A DNA stretch of 60,751 bases, filler included, from Sphacelaria rigidula (Eukaryota), in assembly GCA_964200075.2 (NCBI GenBank). It is 7 parts of 7 records of this genome, joined end to end, with 100 filler letters (N's around TTAATTAATTAA, not from the genome) between each part and the next. Parts side by side here need not be neighbours in the genome. Positions count along the whole stretch, not along the records: positions 34,775 to 43,367 come from CAXNAA020010655.1; positions 43,468 to 52,059 come from CAXNAA020010656.1; 5 more parts are not named here. One strand, written 5' to 3'. Numbering within the stretch: position 1 is the first letter of the stretch; every line of letters begins with the position of its first letter. Positions 35,493 through 49,159 of the stretch are shown piece after piece. The notes beneath the pieces are model-generated. The model saw only the letters and a program-made list of their open reading frames with translations. It did no database searches and had not been told where the DNA came from. The translations under genes were made by a program, and so were the position numbers.

Positions 35493-38400
35493 CTCCATCG
35501 TAATGACCCCCTTTCCGGAGCCCCCGGCATCCGATCCACCACCACCAGCAGCGACAGTCGCAGCGGACGTCGGGTTAAACTCGCCCTCTTGAAGCATCTG
35601 CGAGGCCCGTCTGTCCTCCGCCGCGCGTTCACTGGCTGCCGTCTTATCGCCCAGCGTTCCCATGAACCCGAGCAACTTCGCGTGCCTCTCCTCTTCATCA
35701 TCGCCATCGTCGTCGTCGTCGTCACTACTGTCGCCAGCAAAATCCATGGGGTCATCATCATCTCCATCATCATCATCTCCAGCAGAAATACTTTCTTCGT
35801 CATCAGCATCCAAGGAATGTTCGTCCTCGCTACCGGTGCCGTTACCTCCCCGCTTACCGCGTCGTCCCTCCGTCCCCGTGACCCTCAAATGCTCGAGCGT
35901 CTTGTCTTTCTCAGTGCTCTTTTTGCTCTTGGATACAGTTACGGCACCACTGCCGACGTCGGAGGTTGTACCCTCTGTGGTCGCATCCGTGCCTTCCTTT
36001 GCTAGTTTGGCTTCGTTCGCGGCGAGCATATCCATGAGTGAGATGCCTCCTTCATCGCCTTCAGAGTCATCGCCATCCTCCTCCTCGCTCTCCCCGGAGT
36101 TATCGTCTTCAAAACCCGACAAAAGAACGGGGAAAAAAAAGAGAGACGGGAATCAGCCAGAAAAATCGAGGAAACAATCTGGAGATACTCGTGAACATAC
36201 ATACCGTAGTCATTGCGAGGGGGAAGGGAGGGAGGTGATAACATGGACGAGGTGCTGGGTGGACCAATAACCACCCCGACAACAACACAACGTGACTCAC
36301 ACATGAAGCACAGAACATAGCTGGGTCAAGATAATGACGATTGCGTACAGCACGATGAAAAAGAAGGTAATGAGAACTGCAGTCCCCGCTTCAATACCAG
36401 CACCGCAACCGGCCAAAATTACCACAATTTATTTGTACCTTGTATACGTACACAACAACACGTTATGTCAATAACTTTTTTTCCCATCTTCGGTCTTCAA
36501 TTTGTATCTGCTCGACGTTTTTTTCTTTCTTCTCACTTTCCTTCAGCAAGTGTTTTCCGCTTTGTTTTATCTCGGGTATATCTACCATGTGACCACAACT
36601 GGATCATGACGGATCAGTTTATGTGCGACACTCCATCAATCAAATCAATCAAGGTCGGCTGTGCCGTACCACCAACTGATCAAGCACACCTGCAGTATGA
36701 TAATATATGTATATATTCAATGATAGCCTGTCAGGTCAACATAACGACCAATAAACAATAAAAGCGCGATAGACTCGAACTACCCTCGTCAATTTTCGTT
36801 TTCTGCTTCATGCAAAAAACAATTGCGTTCCCAAAACATGTTTTCCCACGAGTCAGCCTTGCCGCCACAGTAATTGCTCAGCGCGGGAATTTGCCAAGCG
36901 CTGATCTTTTGGTGAGTCAACAGTCTCACCTGGTTTTTCATTTCGCCGCTCCAGGATGGTTTCCATGAGGTCACCATAGCTGTCAGAAACAGGAAACACC
37001 GGTACACACGCGTCCCAACATATCACGTCAGCGCTTTGGGGGTTGACTATGCCGAAACTGGTGACGGGGTCATGAAAGTGATGAGGTTGGCTACATGCCT
37101 ATGCGTACTCAACATGGCGAGAGGTACCGCACGTGATCGATACTGCAGCAGCATACGAATCACGGTCGATCATTTTCCCTCGTCCTGGTTGCTCCTCTCT
37201 TTCGTTACCCCCATGGGATGTTCGCAGCTGCTACTGCGTGCTGTGTGATAATAATGATGCCCGCGGGGTTGACGCCCAGGCATTTGTAATATTCTCTGCG
37301 TTTTGCGCAAATAAGATCTGGACTAACAATCAACAGCGTTGCACGCACAGCACCGGTCGTGAGCACGGTACTCGCTGCTGCTTCTCGCTGCGGGAAGAGT
37401 GACTACAGCGTGTGCTGTTGGGATATCTGTATCTCGGTCGCCAGAGGCCACACTCGGCCCTTGTCATTTCGATTTACATGAAATTTTGCCTGCCCAAACC
37501 AGCCACTTTCTCGGGGGGCTATCGCAGCATCTGCTCTCGATGGAAACTCAACGAACTGAGGAAGCGTAGTTCCGGCGGAGGGGTTCTTGAGATTGCGGTC
37601 TCATCCCGAAAGGGGGGGGGGGTTAGTACGACAACGAATACATGCGCAGACTAGATGCAATACACAGCGAGGTGCTCTGCAGGATACGGGTCCCCTTTCC
37701 CTCACCGATTTCGTCTGCGGTGAAGGTTGATACGATTAGCTACTTCGCTTCGTGTCGAAAATAAAAAAAGAAGAGGATGGAACTTGCTTGGCACATGCCC
37801 TTACCGATCTTCGTCTGCACTGTTGAATGCGTCGTCCTCGTCCACCTCCTCGTCTTCGAAATCAGAGTCGTCCGGATCGGGGCCCTCGTCGCTATCGCCG
37901 GCCTCGTCATCGTACTTATCTCGGCTGTCCGCTTTGCCAGCCTTGTGCTGTCATTGATCACATTTTACGTGATGGATTGATAATCAAGTCAGGTTTGTGA
38001 CGGACGACAGCGGGGTCAGGGAAACACGTACATGCACTGGAGTTATATGTGTTGGGTCTACGGTACTCTAGCAAACACCGGGGTACAGACAAGACAATAA
38101 AGTGGGACTAACCATCGAACACGCCAGTAAGTACTTGAAAAACTTAAGACCTAGCTCGAATCTGATATTCCATTTGAAGATACTCCGACAACTGGAGATT
38201 ATAACCCTCTGACCGCTAGACTCGTCTCGGAACATTTTTCCTAGATGATAGACCAGGGGTGTCCGACGGTTTCGAGGGACGGGTGTGTGTGTGTTTACGG
38301 GAGCGGGGGGGCGGACGGGCGGGTGTGCAGATCACCCGGAGAGCTTTCTAAGTCAATCATGCGTGTCTCGAGTAAATTTCTACGCAAGAAGAATTTGATC

Positions 38401-39756
38401 CTGCACGCAGCCAAGAAAGAGGGGTTGACTGACCAATCGAACGTAGCAACACGATGAGTGATGCCCGGCTACAAGGTGCCTAGTATTGCCTACTGACGGT
38501 CAGGGCATGTTTCATCGTTTTAGGAGATAATGGTTGGGAATATATGAAACGCTTTTTTTTGGAACAGACGCTCATAGTAAGAGAGCTACACCGGGCACAC
38601 CATGGCACTGAACGCGAGCTCCCATATACAGCATAGACTGCATGCCGTAAGGAACGTAGATACATTGTACAGTTGAATGTGGCAGGTGACGAGGGAAAAG
38701 CGGACTATGGAAATGCAAGCAGGCAGCATAGTACAGCTGAGCACATTATGGATGAAACCATGAAAGATGGGAAAATGCATCCCCAGACCGTTCCAAAAGA
38801 ACCAAGACGGGGGGAACATATATGGGCGGAGACGAGCTATTTACGATGTATGTTTTTCCCAGTAGCATGTAGCGGTTGCGGAAGTGCAGCACCCCTAGCA
38901 GTACACGAATCCTGTGAGGTCGTGCTGCTATACTGTGCCTGTGGCCACCAATAAAATAAAAAGTTAACTTATAGACTGGAACTCATTTCTACACAAGCGC
39001 TCAACATCCACCTTCCCATGCAAGAAGGCGTGTTGTGTCACGACGCCATGATCCCAACTTCTGTGTCGGCAATATTCGGCAATCTGGCGAAGGTAGTGGC
39101 CAAAGGGTAACGTTCCCCGGTATCTTGTTTTTACCTGTTCCCACTTCCGAACACTGAAAAAAAACGGCGCTGCAGGCGCATAAATTGATACATGAGTCTC
39201 AACCCCCTGGGCACCAAGCCATGTTAACCTCTAGACCCCGAAGGTACTCCATCTCAATCATATATACTTTTTTCAAATGAAATTGGTGCCGATTTCAACA
39301 GATGGCCTGCTCTCGCTGTGGAAGGTATAAAAAAGACTATCGGGACCACCAGAAATGCGTGAAAAACACCTTGTTTACGTTGAATGCTGCTTGTACATTT
39401 AGGATTCGTATCAGGCTCCAAAATCGGTCTGATAAAATATTAGATATCATGATGTTCCCCCCCCCCTCTAAACCTCTACCCTTCCTCGGGACGAGTCCGT
39501 GGTCTCAAAAGATCAACTCATCTCTCCTCCGGTACATGCCTTACATTTTAGTCTGGTGGTTTGCGTCAAACTACCGCACCGCGTCAATTGTCGTAGAGCA
39601 AACCCAGTAAACTACTTTGTCTACTCACGTCCTCACACTTTTGACGGAAATCGGATACTTCGAAGAAAAAACTCAACGCATCTGACGGGAATCGAAGTCG
39701 CGTTGTCTTCACCCTTACGATGACAGTCGGACCGTGAGATCACCAGAAGGGGCGGC

Positions 39757-39795
<39 letters not shown>

Positions 39796-41329
39796 ACGAT
39801 ATGTCAAACATCATTCCTCGGATTCCTGTACTCGTATGCTGAGGGTCAAAATTACCCTTATGCGACGAACGGTGTCGTGACATGTGGATTTTTCGATATG
39901 ATTACACCTTGTGCACTTCCGTTCTGTACATGAGCCAGGGCCTGGAGACCAAGGGCATGACATGCTGTATGATGTCATTCGTGGGAGCGATCCTAGCAGC
40001 GCGGAACTGCTCAGCTATGACGCCGAGCCTTCCGGTGTTGAAAATTAGCCAGAGTTCTTCAAATACGGAGTAATGAAAAGTACTGCGGCTTTGACAACAT
40101 CACTACACGAACCCTTCAAGGCGTGAGCAATTCGACGAATGTTACTGAATAACCCTGTTCGAATAGTTTCATGCCAGGGCTTCATGGCCAATGACATGAA
40201 GAATAAAGAATTCGTGTACGCAGCGCATGTGCGTACGCTTGGAGGACTTCAATGTCCTGGAAATCAGCGTTCCTTCCTTAAATACTTTTGGTGTCGCCAT
40301 CCCACGGTTAACGACAAACACACATGAAAAGAGAAGGCGATTGGCCGAACCGAGCGTTCATCAGTTGTGTGCAAAGTGAGACGGGAGTTGTCAACTTAGA
40401 CTCGTGCCAAGCTGCAGCCACAATTCCCCAGCTCTGCCGTACAGTGCATGCTGGAGCGTATAAGATACACATGGCGATGACGAAAGGAGGCGTACTTGTC
40501 TTAAGAGTGCTTCACGAGAATACAGTAACATCCCGCTCCCTCCCACCTCCTCGGGTTATGAATTTGTCTATTTCAAGTTTTCCGAAGATTGAGGCAGCTA
40601 CACCATCTACGACCATGCTTCTGAACGCTGAGTAATGTAACGGTTGCGAGAATAGGGAAATCGTTGACTCGACCAGAGTTGACGGAGTCATAACCGGAGG
40701 GTGTTTTACTCCATCACCTACTGTAACGGTATGTTTTCGCCTGCTCTGAGCCGTAGCTGTTGTATCCGTTGTACCTCCAGGTAACAATAACACCAGCAAC
40801 GCACCACAAACTTGCAGCGGTTGAACGCAGGCAAAATCAAAGGTAGGGGTAATATCGGACACAGGGCAGCAGCATTTTACTGCCGACTGTACTACTGTAG
40901 CGACCACAGTTTGCAGGGGGACAGAGCCAACCAGAGCACGACATGGATCCGAAATCAGTGGTGGGTGGTGCAGTCGACAGCACACAACACGCAGATCATT
41001 GGGCGACACAAACAAAAACAAAGGCGATCACAACGTTCGCACGCAGATATATAGACAGTACACGTAAGCACACAACATACGTGCAATCGTACCTCGAACT
41101 CATACCCAGCATTACCACCCTTGCCTCCCGGTTTGCCTGGGCGGCCATCGCCTCGTGCACCCTTCTTGGATGCGAAGGCATTTGGTAGTGCGGTGCCTCG
41201 CCCAGATGCTCTTCCACGCCCACCACCACGCCCTCGACCTCTACCTCCTCGGAAACCACCACGTCCTCTCCCACCGCCTGCACCTCCACTCCTCATACGG
41301 GCACTGGAGCCGCCGTTAGAACCCCGCAT
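35493..41329 (-). CDS. UTP14: U3 snoRNA-associated protein 14, 5' exons 41329-41093, 37947-37805, 36979-36930, 36106-35493
   Basis: All junctions GT-AG and phase-consistent (0, 2, 1, 0). Motifs DEEVDEDDAFNSADEDRYG, ISLMDML, ERHAKLLGFM and EGEFN...VITME resemble the acidic Utp14 N-terminus. The gene runs off the contig. Confidence 0.82.
39759..39792. repeat. (AT)n microsatellite
   Basis: About 17 AT units. Confidence 0.95.
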
Positions 41330-41809
41330 GATCTATGGCACTTGCTCTGGGTGGGTGCAGGTGGGCTGGTTGATTGTGTTGTTTTTAGCGTGGTACTTTC
41401 ACCTTTCAGTTCCCGTTGGTCTTTCTTTGCGTCTCATTTTCTCTGTCAGATGACGACAAATGAGAACTCATCATGATATCTCTCGCGTGAACACCAAGTT
41501 TGAACAAAACAAAAAAGAAGCAGCCTTGATGTTCCAATATTATAGTTTTCAACCAAAATACGTGTCACCGTAATCGGTGAAAAATTTGGTATGGTAGGGA
41601 GAGTTGGGCCTTGAGCAAAAAAATACAGGACGGAGGAAGTGGGGAGACGGGGGGGGGGTGATAAACAACGAAATCGACGCTGGTCACGCTGGCTCTATGG
41701 CTCTGTTGTTGAACAAGAACAAATACTGCATGATCACACTTCACAGCGCGCGAATCGAGACGGGTTAGTGGAGTACAATCGACACGCGTGAACAACAAGA
41801 GCACACGCC
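41330..41809. promoter_or_regulatory. Candidate bidirectional promoter
   Basis: 480 bp between divergent start codons at 41329 (-) and 41810 (+). Confidence 0.5.
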
Positions 41810-42067
41810 ATGATTAGCGCTGGAGGTATGACCCGTTACACTTGTGTGCTCGCACTCTACGTGCTGCTGATGATCCACGGCATCTCTGGCTTCGCAACGC
41901 TACGACCAAGTGCACGAGTTGCTCGGGCCCACTGCAGTTCATGCAAGGCCCCACAGTTTGTGAGTGCCACTTGTCGAGGACGGGTCGGGGCCAGGCAAGT
42001 GCTGCGTCAGCCTTCTAACCGGAGAGTGAAGGGTGGTGTCCAGGGCCTCGCTGCGACGCTACCTTCA
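41810..42067 (+). CDS. First exon of a putative plastid-targeted protein (bipartite presequence)
   Basis: Hydrophobic CVLALYVLLMIHG, then ISG|FATL (Phe at +1, ASAFAP-like), an Arg/Ser/Ala-rich acid-free transit region, and a gtgagt donor. Confidence 0.7.
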
Positions 42068-42646
42068 GTGAGTAGTCGTCACGAATGAGTTTGCTTTCGA
42101 TGTATTGTTTCCATTCTAGAAGAAATACACGTGCACAAGGCACGACGGGCGTTGCATCACTGTTGTACATCAGGGAACACATATTGGACATGAGAGATGG
42201 TACCATCAATGCTCAGCAGCTGTTTACTGCACCCTCTCACGCAAAATGGGCGTAAAAAACAGCAAACGCGCCAGAAATTTGATCGTGGGGTGCTGTAGCA
42301 GAGGCTGGTGTCACAGGCAGAATGATTGGAGATCGGGTGTAGCACCCCGTCTCTGATAGCTCTTCACCGTGAGTGCAAGACCCCGGCCTACATTCTCGAA
42401 ATATCCAAATTCTGGAAACTCGACTCGTCTTCTTCTGAACTTTGTACAGTATTACAACAGAATTTCCGTTGGATTTACGTCGGGTTTCGACGAAGCAGTA
42501 GCCACAGTCTGAGTAGAAGAGGAGGTTGCAAACGATGAGGCTCCCGCCACCTACGATACTGTTGATTCGCTTTCGAACGTTTATGTTACAGAAGCTGGCT
42601 AATGATATGGGATAAACCGAAAACCCACGAGTACTGTCTGGGTACC

Positions 42647-42981
42647 GCCCACCCCGGTGGCTCAGGTGGTAACCTCCAAACCTTCTGACAGTGGAGTAGT
42701 GGGGTTCGAGCCCCGGAGCGATCTGGGATTTTTTCTCACACCATGCCACACAGTGGAGAGCGACTATGTCGTGGGTACTCCAAATTCGACTTGACGGTCG
42801 ACGAGGGAAAGAGATTGCTGAACCCCTCTCGCGATAAAAAAAAATGGCAAGCACCGCAGAAGGAAGGCGAGGCATTAAAAATAAATAATAGAAAAAGCGC
42901 CTGTGTTAACCTTCCTCCTGTGTGACCCCCGCTGATGCGCCCACGTATACCGAAAGGTGTAGACTGGCGTCCAGAATAAAT
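42647..42981 (+). mobile_element. Full-length tRNA-derived SINE (family S1)
   Basis: A box TGGCTCAGGTGG (42658-42669), B box GGTTCGAGCCC (42703-42713), and a ~260-nt body shared with two other contigs. Confidence 0.88.
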
Positions 42982-44624
42982 GGGACGATATCACCCAACA
43001 CAGTGTGCCGGAGAGTTGAGCAGTGTTACGCCGAGAGAAGAAGAACATGATTCGGAACGGAATCCAACATATTTTTGCCCCGATACGCATGCACCCACAA
43101 CGCAACCCCAGATTCAGCAACACGTGGTTGTTACCTATGGTCTACATGACATGCGGGCGAAGTTTCGGCGCGTAAAAGTTCTGACAGCGCGTGCTCGGCC
43201 GTGCCTCCTGAACTGAGCACCGCTACAGACAAAAGGAGAATGTGTACCGCACAGAATGTCTTGGTCCAGAATGTGTGCCAGTACAGATCGATGTTTGCAC
43301 GGTTAGGACAAATCATCACGACTCAAAATCACCAAATTCACGATTTTTCCGGCCTGATTGCCCGAATNNNNNNNNNNNNNNNNNNNNNNNNNNNNNNNNN
43401 NNNNNNNNNNNTTAATTAATTAANNNNNNNNNNNNNNNNNNNNNNNNNNNNNNNNNNNNNNNNNNNNCCCTCTCCCGGCTTTGTAGGGATGCGAGGTCAA
43501 TGGTCTGGTGACTGTGGCATGCATGATCGTGAGTACACCCAAGTGTTTTCCCCCCAAAAAACTATTATATGGCAGCTAGCTCGCTAGGTGACCTGGTGCC
43601 CGCACGAGGCTGACTTTCTACGGCAAGGGACGTGTGTGTGCTGCGACCCCACGTTACATTTACGAGCTTAGACTCAACAACGACAAAAGGACGAACAGGG
43701 TCCTCACGGTAGCTCCTCTTGTCCGTGGGCTCACCATGTTACACGCTTGGCGACCCCGGCGAGACGAAGTTATCGCACATGTCGCCAAACGAGCGTAGGA
43801 TAGAGACCCAATTCTGAGGCGTGCTCGAGCATTGAAGGCAAAAATGGATAGTACTTCAACTCGTTGGCGCAATGTATCATTTCAAAACAATTTTGGTGTG
43901 GTTCTAAATTTCGGAATATTTTTGGACACGAAGCCATATTCGGAACAGTATCGCCCGCTGACCTTCAACGCAATCAATCGCGACGCTATAGCTGAGCAGC
44001 TGTCCTACCTCTGTTACAAGCGTTGCCCCCAATGTAAACATAACATGCGGCATATTTCTTGGTACCCGGTTCCCGACCTATGTGATACTATTCCCAGCGA
44101 AGCGGAGTATCCCTCACACTTTTCTAGTGGTCCCTTTCGAGGGGTACATTCTGGCCGGGTGTCGCGCATAACGGGTTGAACACAAAATACGAAACGCTGC
44201 ACACAAATTTGAACGCCTTACGAACTCGTGGTACAGCGAAGCGTATCTCCGAAGATTAGTGTTTGAGCCGTCACTCGAATCGTCCACATTCGTAGATTCT
44301 CTTTTCACGTCACCAGATCTTCCACACGTCTGGACCTTTCACACTCATCTCTGGATCTTTCATTACAGCACCTTTTGTTATCCATCGCAAGCCGTAAAAC
44401 AAGGGGGGCACTTCGCATCTGCGAGTCCGCTGCTGATATTGGAAAAATAAAATCAGCGACTTGGGTGGAAAAAAATTATATACTTATCTTCGCTGATTTT
44501 GAACACTTTTCAGTCCCTGTGATGCCCCTTCCTCCACATCGCTGCCGTACGGTAAATAACCGCCTTGACCGCCACTATTTCCCTGTCGCTTGTTTTTTAC
44601 AGTGTAAAGCTACCAAGGTCGTGT

Positions 44625-44900
44625 CCTGTAGGGTAACATTTTCTGGACACCGGGGGTGTTTACCCGGGTATGGCCCGTACCCGACAGTCCTGTAAGCCCG
44701 CACGAAATAATTACTCTTATCCGGGGTACGGGTATACCCTTGTAGAGATACATGGTTGTGAATGAGGGTTTCTGTACAAATTCCATACCGTACCCTACAG
44801 GTTCTGTCTGTTCTGCAAGGCTTCCGTACCGGTCCCCAACAGATCTGTAAGTTCTGTGAGAAATCTCGCACCCTACCGATTATACCCGTACCCGACAGAA
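44625..44900. repeat. GGGTA/TACCC-motif repeat (non-autonomous DNA-transposon-like)
   Basis: CCTGTAGGGTA (44625-44635) / TACCCTACAGG (44791-44801) inverted repeat; cccgtacccgacag twice; many cgggta/tacccg motifs. Confidence 0.55.
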
Positions 44901-45927
44901 CACAACATTGGAAAATACCGCCGAGTTTGCACCAAGATCAAACTGACGTATCTCATTGAACGACGCCCTCGGACATATATAGTAAAGCTCTGCATCCTCG
45001 CCTATCGGCAGTCACAGAAATGCATCATGAACGTAAAAATGTACTCACGCTCTCTTTTTCAGCGCCTTGACGACTGTGCATTTCCCTCTTTTTCTCCTTG
45101 ATCCAAAAAAAAAACTCGTTTGTCCACAGTCGATTACCAGTGCTACTTCTCCACAAAATAGAGCACCTCAGACAATATCCAATTTGCCAATGCTGCACGA
45201 GAAAGGTATCTTGATTTTAATGATTTCAACAGGTAATGTGCTGTGGTTGATTTTCTGAGATGCAGCACGCAGTTCACCTTCAAATACTGGATTCATCTAA
45301 TCCGGGTGTTTTTGCAGACGACTTTATCAACTGCGGTCGAAAGCTCGGGAATCGGTCAACGTAGTTGGTACAGCAAGCAAGTTGTGTACGATAAATATTT
45401 CCCAATTTTCTCTTTTGCGAGCACTAAGTGGTAAACCCCCCGTTTGGAGGGTGTAACGGTTTTCGGTCCTAGCGTAACACCCGGCGGTTTAAAAGACAGA
45501 ACCATACGATGAAGCACCAAATCGACCGGGATTGGTTTGGTTGAGCAAGAATATCAGAGAGCCAGAACCTGGGGCTATTTGCCCGTATTATAGGACCAAC
45601 GACGACCCGTTGGCCCGTAAGTCGTACAAATTTATCATAGAAATGACTCTTCTTTTCGGAATTGTGTTGAGCACTACTATCTCTCAATCCATTAGTTATT
45701 GTTCTTAAATGATTAACGTGATGCAAGAGTCTTGGCGACCGAAAACCCCGGGGAAAACCGTTTCCAATCAAGACTATTTTTTGTCCAGATGGTACGAACC
45801 ACTTGTACAGGATATCCATGTTGCCAATGGTAAACAAAACACACATGTCAGACCCGTGCTTCCGTCTTCTTCTGTCGCCCCATCAAACTCATGATCACCT
45901 GTGCAATTTACTGCACGGCAAAGTTAC

Positions 45928-46127
45928 CTTGACATCAGCGGCTGACGCCTCATAACGCAGGCCGAGAATAGAATAGTAGTCTTCCCCCTCTCCCTGCCTA
46001 CCCGCGCCGCTGCCAACATTGTTGATATTACCGTTGTCACCCGTTCCCCGCCCTTGCCCGCTGCCATCCGGATCCGCCGCCGCAGCGGCGCTTTCCGCTA
46101 CGGTGATGCGGACGCGTTTGCGTGTAC
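45928..46127 (-). CDS. Exon encoding the start of a DnaJ (J) domain
   Basis: cag|...EGEDYYSILGLRYEASAADVK|gtaact matches J-domain helices I-II. The HPD exon was not identified. Confidence 0.65.
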
Positions 46128-48825
46128 CTGGGAGGCGCAAGTTTCGTGTGTGCAGGGTGTGTAACGGTTCATTAGGCCCGTCCGAACAATATCATCACCG
46201 ATGTTATGTATGTCGCTTGCGAACTCTGCAGGAAGGTGGCCAGCCCAAGAGCACAAAATACCGATTTGTCTATGTCTTAGCACGCATGTATTCTCTGATG
46301 ATGGGAAAAAACAAGGCTACCCTCTGAGGGGAAGATGTTTCTGTAGGGCGTGGAATATGCCGGGCTCGGGGGGAGCACGGGGCTGAGGGAAAGTGGTGAA
46401 CGAGGTATACTTGAGGATGCTATACCAAAAAAGGGGGAAAGGACGGTGTTATGCTGTGGGAACAGTAAATCACGGCCACAGCTAGTGTACCGTACGAGCT
46501 CTGCAGCGCAGCTCACAGCTGGTTGCAGCCAGAATTGCATCCGATGCGGTAGATGCTCAGTTTCTCGACTATTCAGTAACTCAACACCAGCTCTATACAG
46601 GAGCGAACGTGGGGGCACCGCGACATCCCAGCTGCTGACAGTACACTACATGTGTGTGGAGCGCACAGTACAGTAATTACTGAGTGCAATGATGTAAAGT
46701 CAGACGCCGGATCAAATGAATATGACGAGAGCAGAGGAGCCACGGCATCTCCAACTCGAACACAGCTCCCTAGAGGCGGCACAGCAGACGGAGGGTACAA
46801 GAGTCAGCATATTTTGCCTGCCTTGGCCGTGCTATCGGCAACGATGTTGATCTGTCCATTGAAATCAGCCGCTGCGTGGGCACCCCCTGAAAGAACGACT
46901 GCCGGCTCTGGGATTAGCCCATCACCCAGTGATGCCCCGACACTCGGCTGCTCAAAGCGAAGATGATGAGACCTAGGTCATGAGCGCGTGCCACGTGGTC
47001 TCTGTGCCCAGAGGACTCCGAGAGACTTCGCACTGCTCATCACAAGCTTTTTCTGCAGGGGGCTTGCGTTTGCAGCAAAGATCATGCTGAAGACAAGACC
47101 CCCTCATACAGCACTGCGCTCCAGACTAAATAGCAAAACCGACGGTATTGAGAGGATCATCCGCAAGCGCTGGCTCTGGTAAGACGGGTTCCTCACGGGG
47201 TTCGCTATCCCTGTCCTGTCTAGTCCGTTGCGGCCTTCTCTCCCCGAGTCGCGCCCACATTCCTCCTCTCCCTTCCTTTCCTTTTGCTTTCTCCCGTGCG
47301 CTCTCCGCGTGTCTGCTTTCTCCAGATTTAGTGTTCCAGAATTCCCGCTCAACAGAACGCATTCGGGGTAGCTGAGGTGAAACCTTCTTTCATGGCCTTA
47401 CTCTTTGCACAACTCCATGTCTGGAGCCCTGTTTGGGGGCCTCGTTGAGATAGTTTCCTGGGCAATTCTGTGTACGGCATCTCCAGCAGGTCTTTCTATT
47501 TTTTTCTATTTTCCGCTTCTATTTTCCATCTTTTGTTGTGTCCATCGTTGATTCACTCGATTTTTTTTAAAGGGAGTACTTAATTGACCCTTGGTTACTC
47601 CCGTCTCATAACTATAGCTAAATTCATAGTCAAAGAATCAGACCAACCAACGATACGATCAGATCGTGCACGGTTATGGTTGTTGATAGGTCGCAGACGA
47701 GCAAACTGAATCAGCGGCAAACAATACAACGAACACATCAGACGTGGAGTCAAGGAGGGGAATATACTTGCAGTACAGAAAAGTACCGACGTATCATGAA
47801 AGTCATTCGAACTAAGCCTCCTCGTCAAACCAACCCATCCGTCCAGCCTGTCCTGCTGAGAAGGGAATTAACGAACATCCCACTGGTCCTTCAGAAGCAC
47901 GACCTTCGGTCATATCGCATGCGTATGCACTGAGCGCGTCCTGACAGATAATATAACACCCTTGCAATAATAAGAGCAGCGCTTAGTGGCACTCCATCAA
48001 CTTCGGTTCGGCTGAGTGTTGACAGCGCTGGATGAACGTATATACCATGCGGCCTACAGGAGAGTCAGATCTCTGGCAATGGGCGAACCCTGCCAGCTCT
48101 GTCAGGGCACAAGCACGTGTCTAAGGGGGGTTTCTTGCATGCACGTGTGTAGGGGGGAGGGGACAAAGAAATACGGTGGAATCATACTCCAGCACACCCT
48201 GCACAAAATATGAGTTTGTCAAAAAGTGAATCTGTTGCCTACTGCCATGGGCAAAATATTCGATACTGTGCGCGGTACACACTTTGACAACGTTGTCTTA
48301 CGTCCCGGGTATGCACATTTCCGAGATCAAGAATCGACGAGGCTGGAGAGCCGGAAATCCCTCACATTTCCGGCACGACTCACATCGAAAGATTGTTGGA
48401 ATTTCAAGATCGGAAATCGGGCGTTCTTCAAACGCATTAGCTTTCACTTCCCGCTTCATATCGAAAAAGAGTCCTTGTTCGACAACGAAAATTCGCCGCA
48501 TAAGAAAGTGCCCTAGCCCTCGGGTGTGCTTGTGCGTGCTGATGGCGTGGTATCCGATTATCTTTTGTTCCGGCTTAATTTAATGTCACCGTCTGTTTTG
48601 TTCTTTACCTGCCATGGGCATACATCAAGCCCCCTAGGGAACCGGCATCGATGACCGGTCGAGTTTAGCACGGTATTTGTTTTATTGACTCACTTTACTC
48701 CTGCCTTGTTGTGCAAAATGTGGTACTGTCTGTACAGACAGTGTTACGGCGTGCATGTAGAGATATATAGTACCGGGTTGGTACGCACATTCCTCATGTG
48801 TCTCTCTTGTAAGTAGATCACCGGA

Positions 48826-49159
48826 GATCCGTACACAATGGCCAGTGGGGTTCCCAGATTCCAGATTCGTTCAACTCGGCTCGTCACATCCAAAATCTAC
48901 CCGTAAAGCACATACGGCAACAAACATTACGAACTACAACATCAAGCCTCGTCTGCGGCGGAAGCACCATCATCGCTCTGCGACGACAACACGATCCGTA
49001 CACAATGGCCAGTGGGGTTCCCAGATTCCATATTCGTTCAACTTGGCTCGTCACATCCAAAATCTGCCCGTAAAGCACATACGGCAACAAACACCACGAA
49101 CAACAACATCAAGCCTCGTCTGCGGCGGAAGCACCATCATCGCTCTGCTACGACAACAC
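48826..49159. repeat. Recent 167-bp tandem duplication
   Basis: Units start at 48826 and 48993; about 7 substitutions and no indels. Confidence 0.97.

Noticed and set aside
35469-36270. Long plus-strand ORFs
   Set aside because: Antisense shadows of the acidic UTP14 exon.
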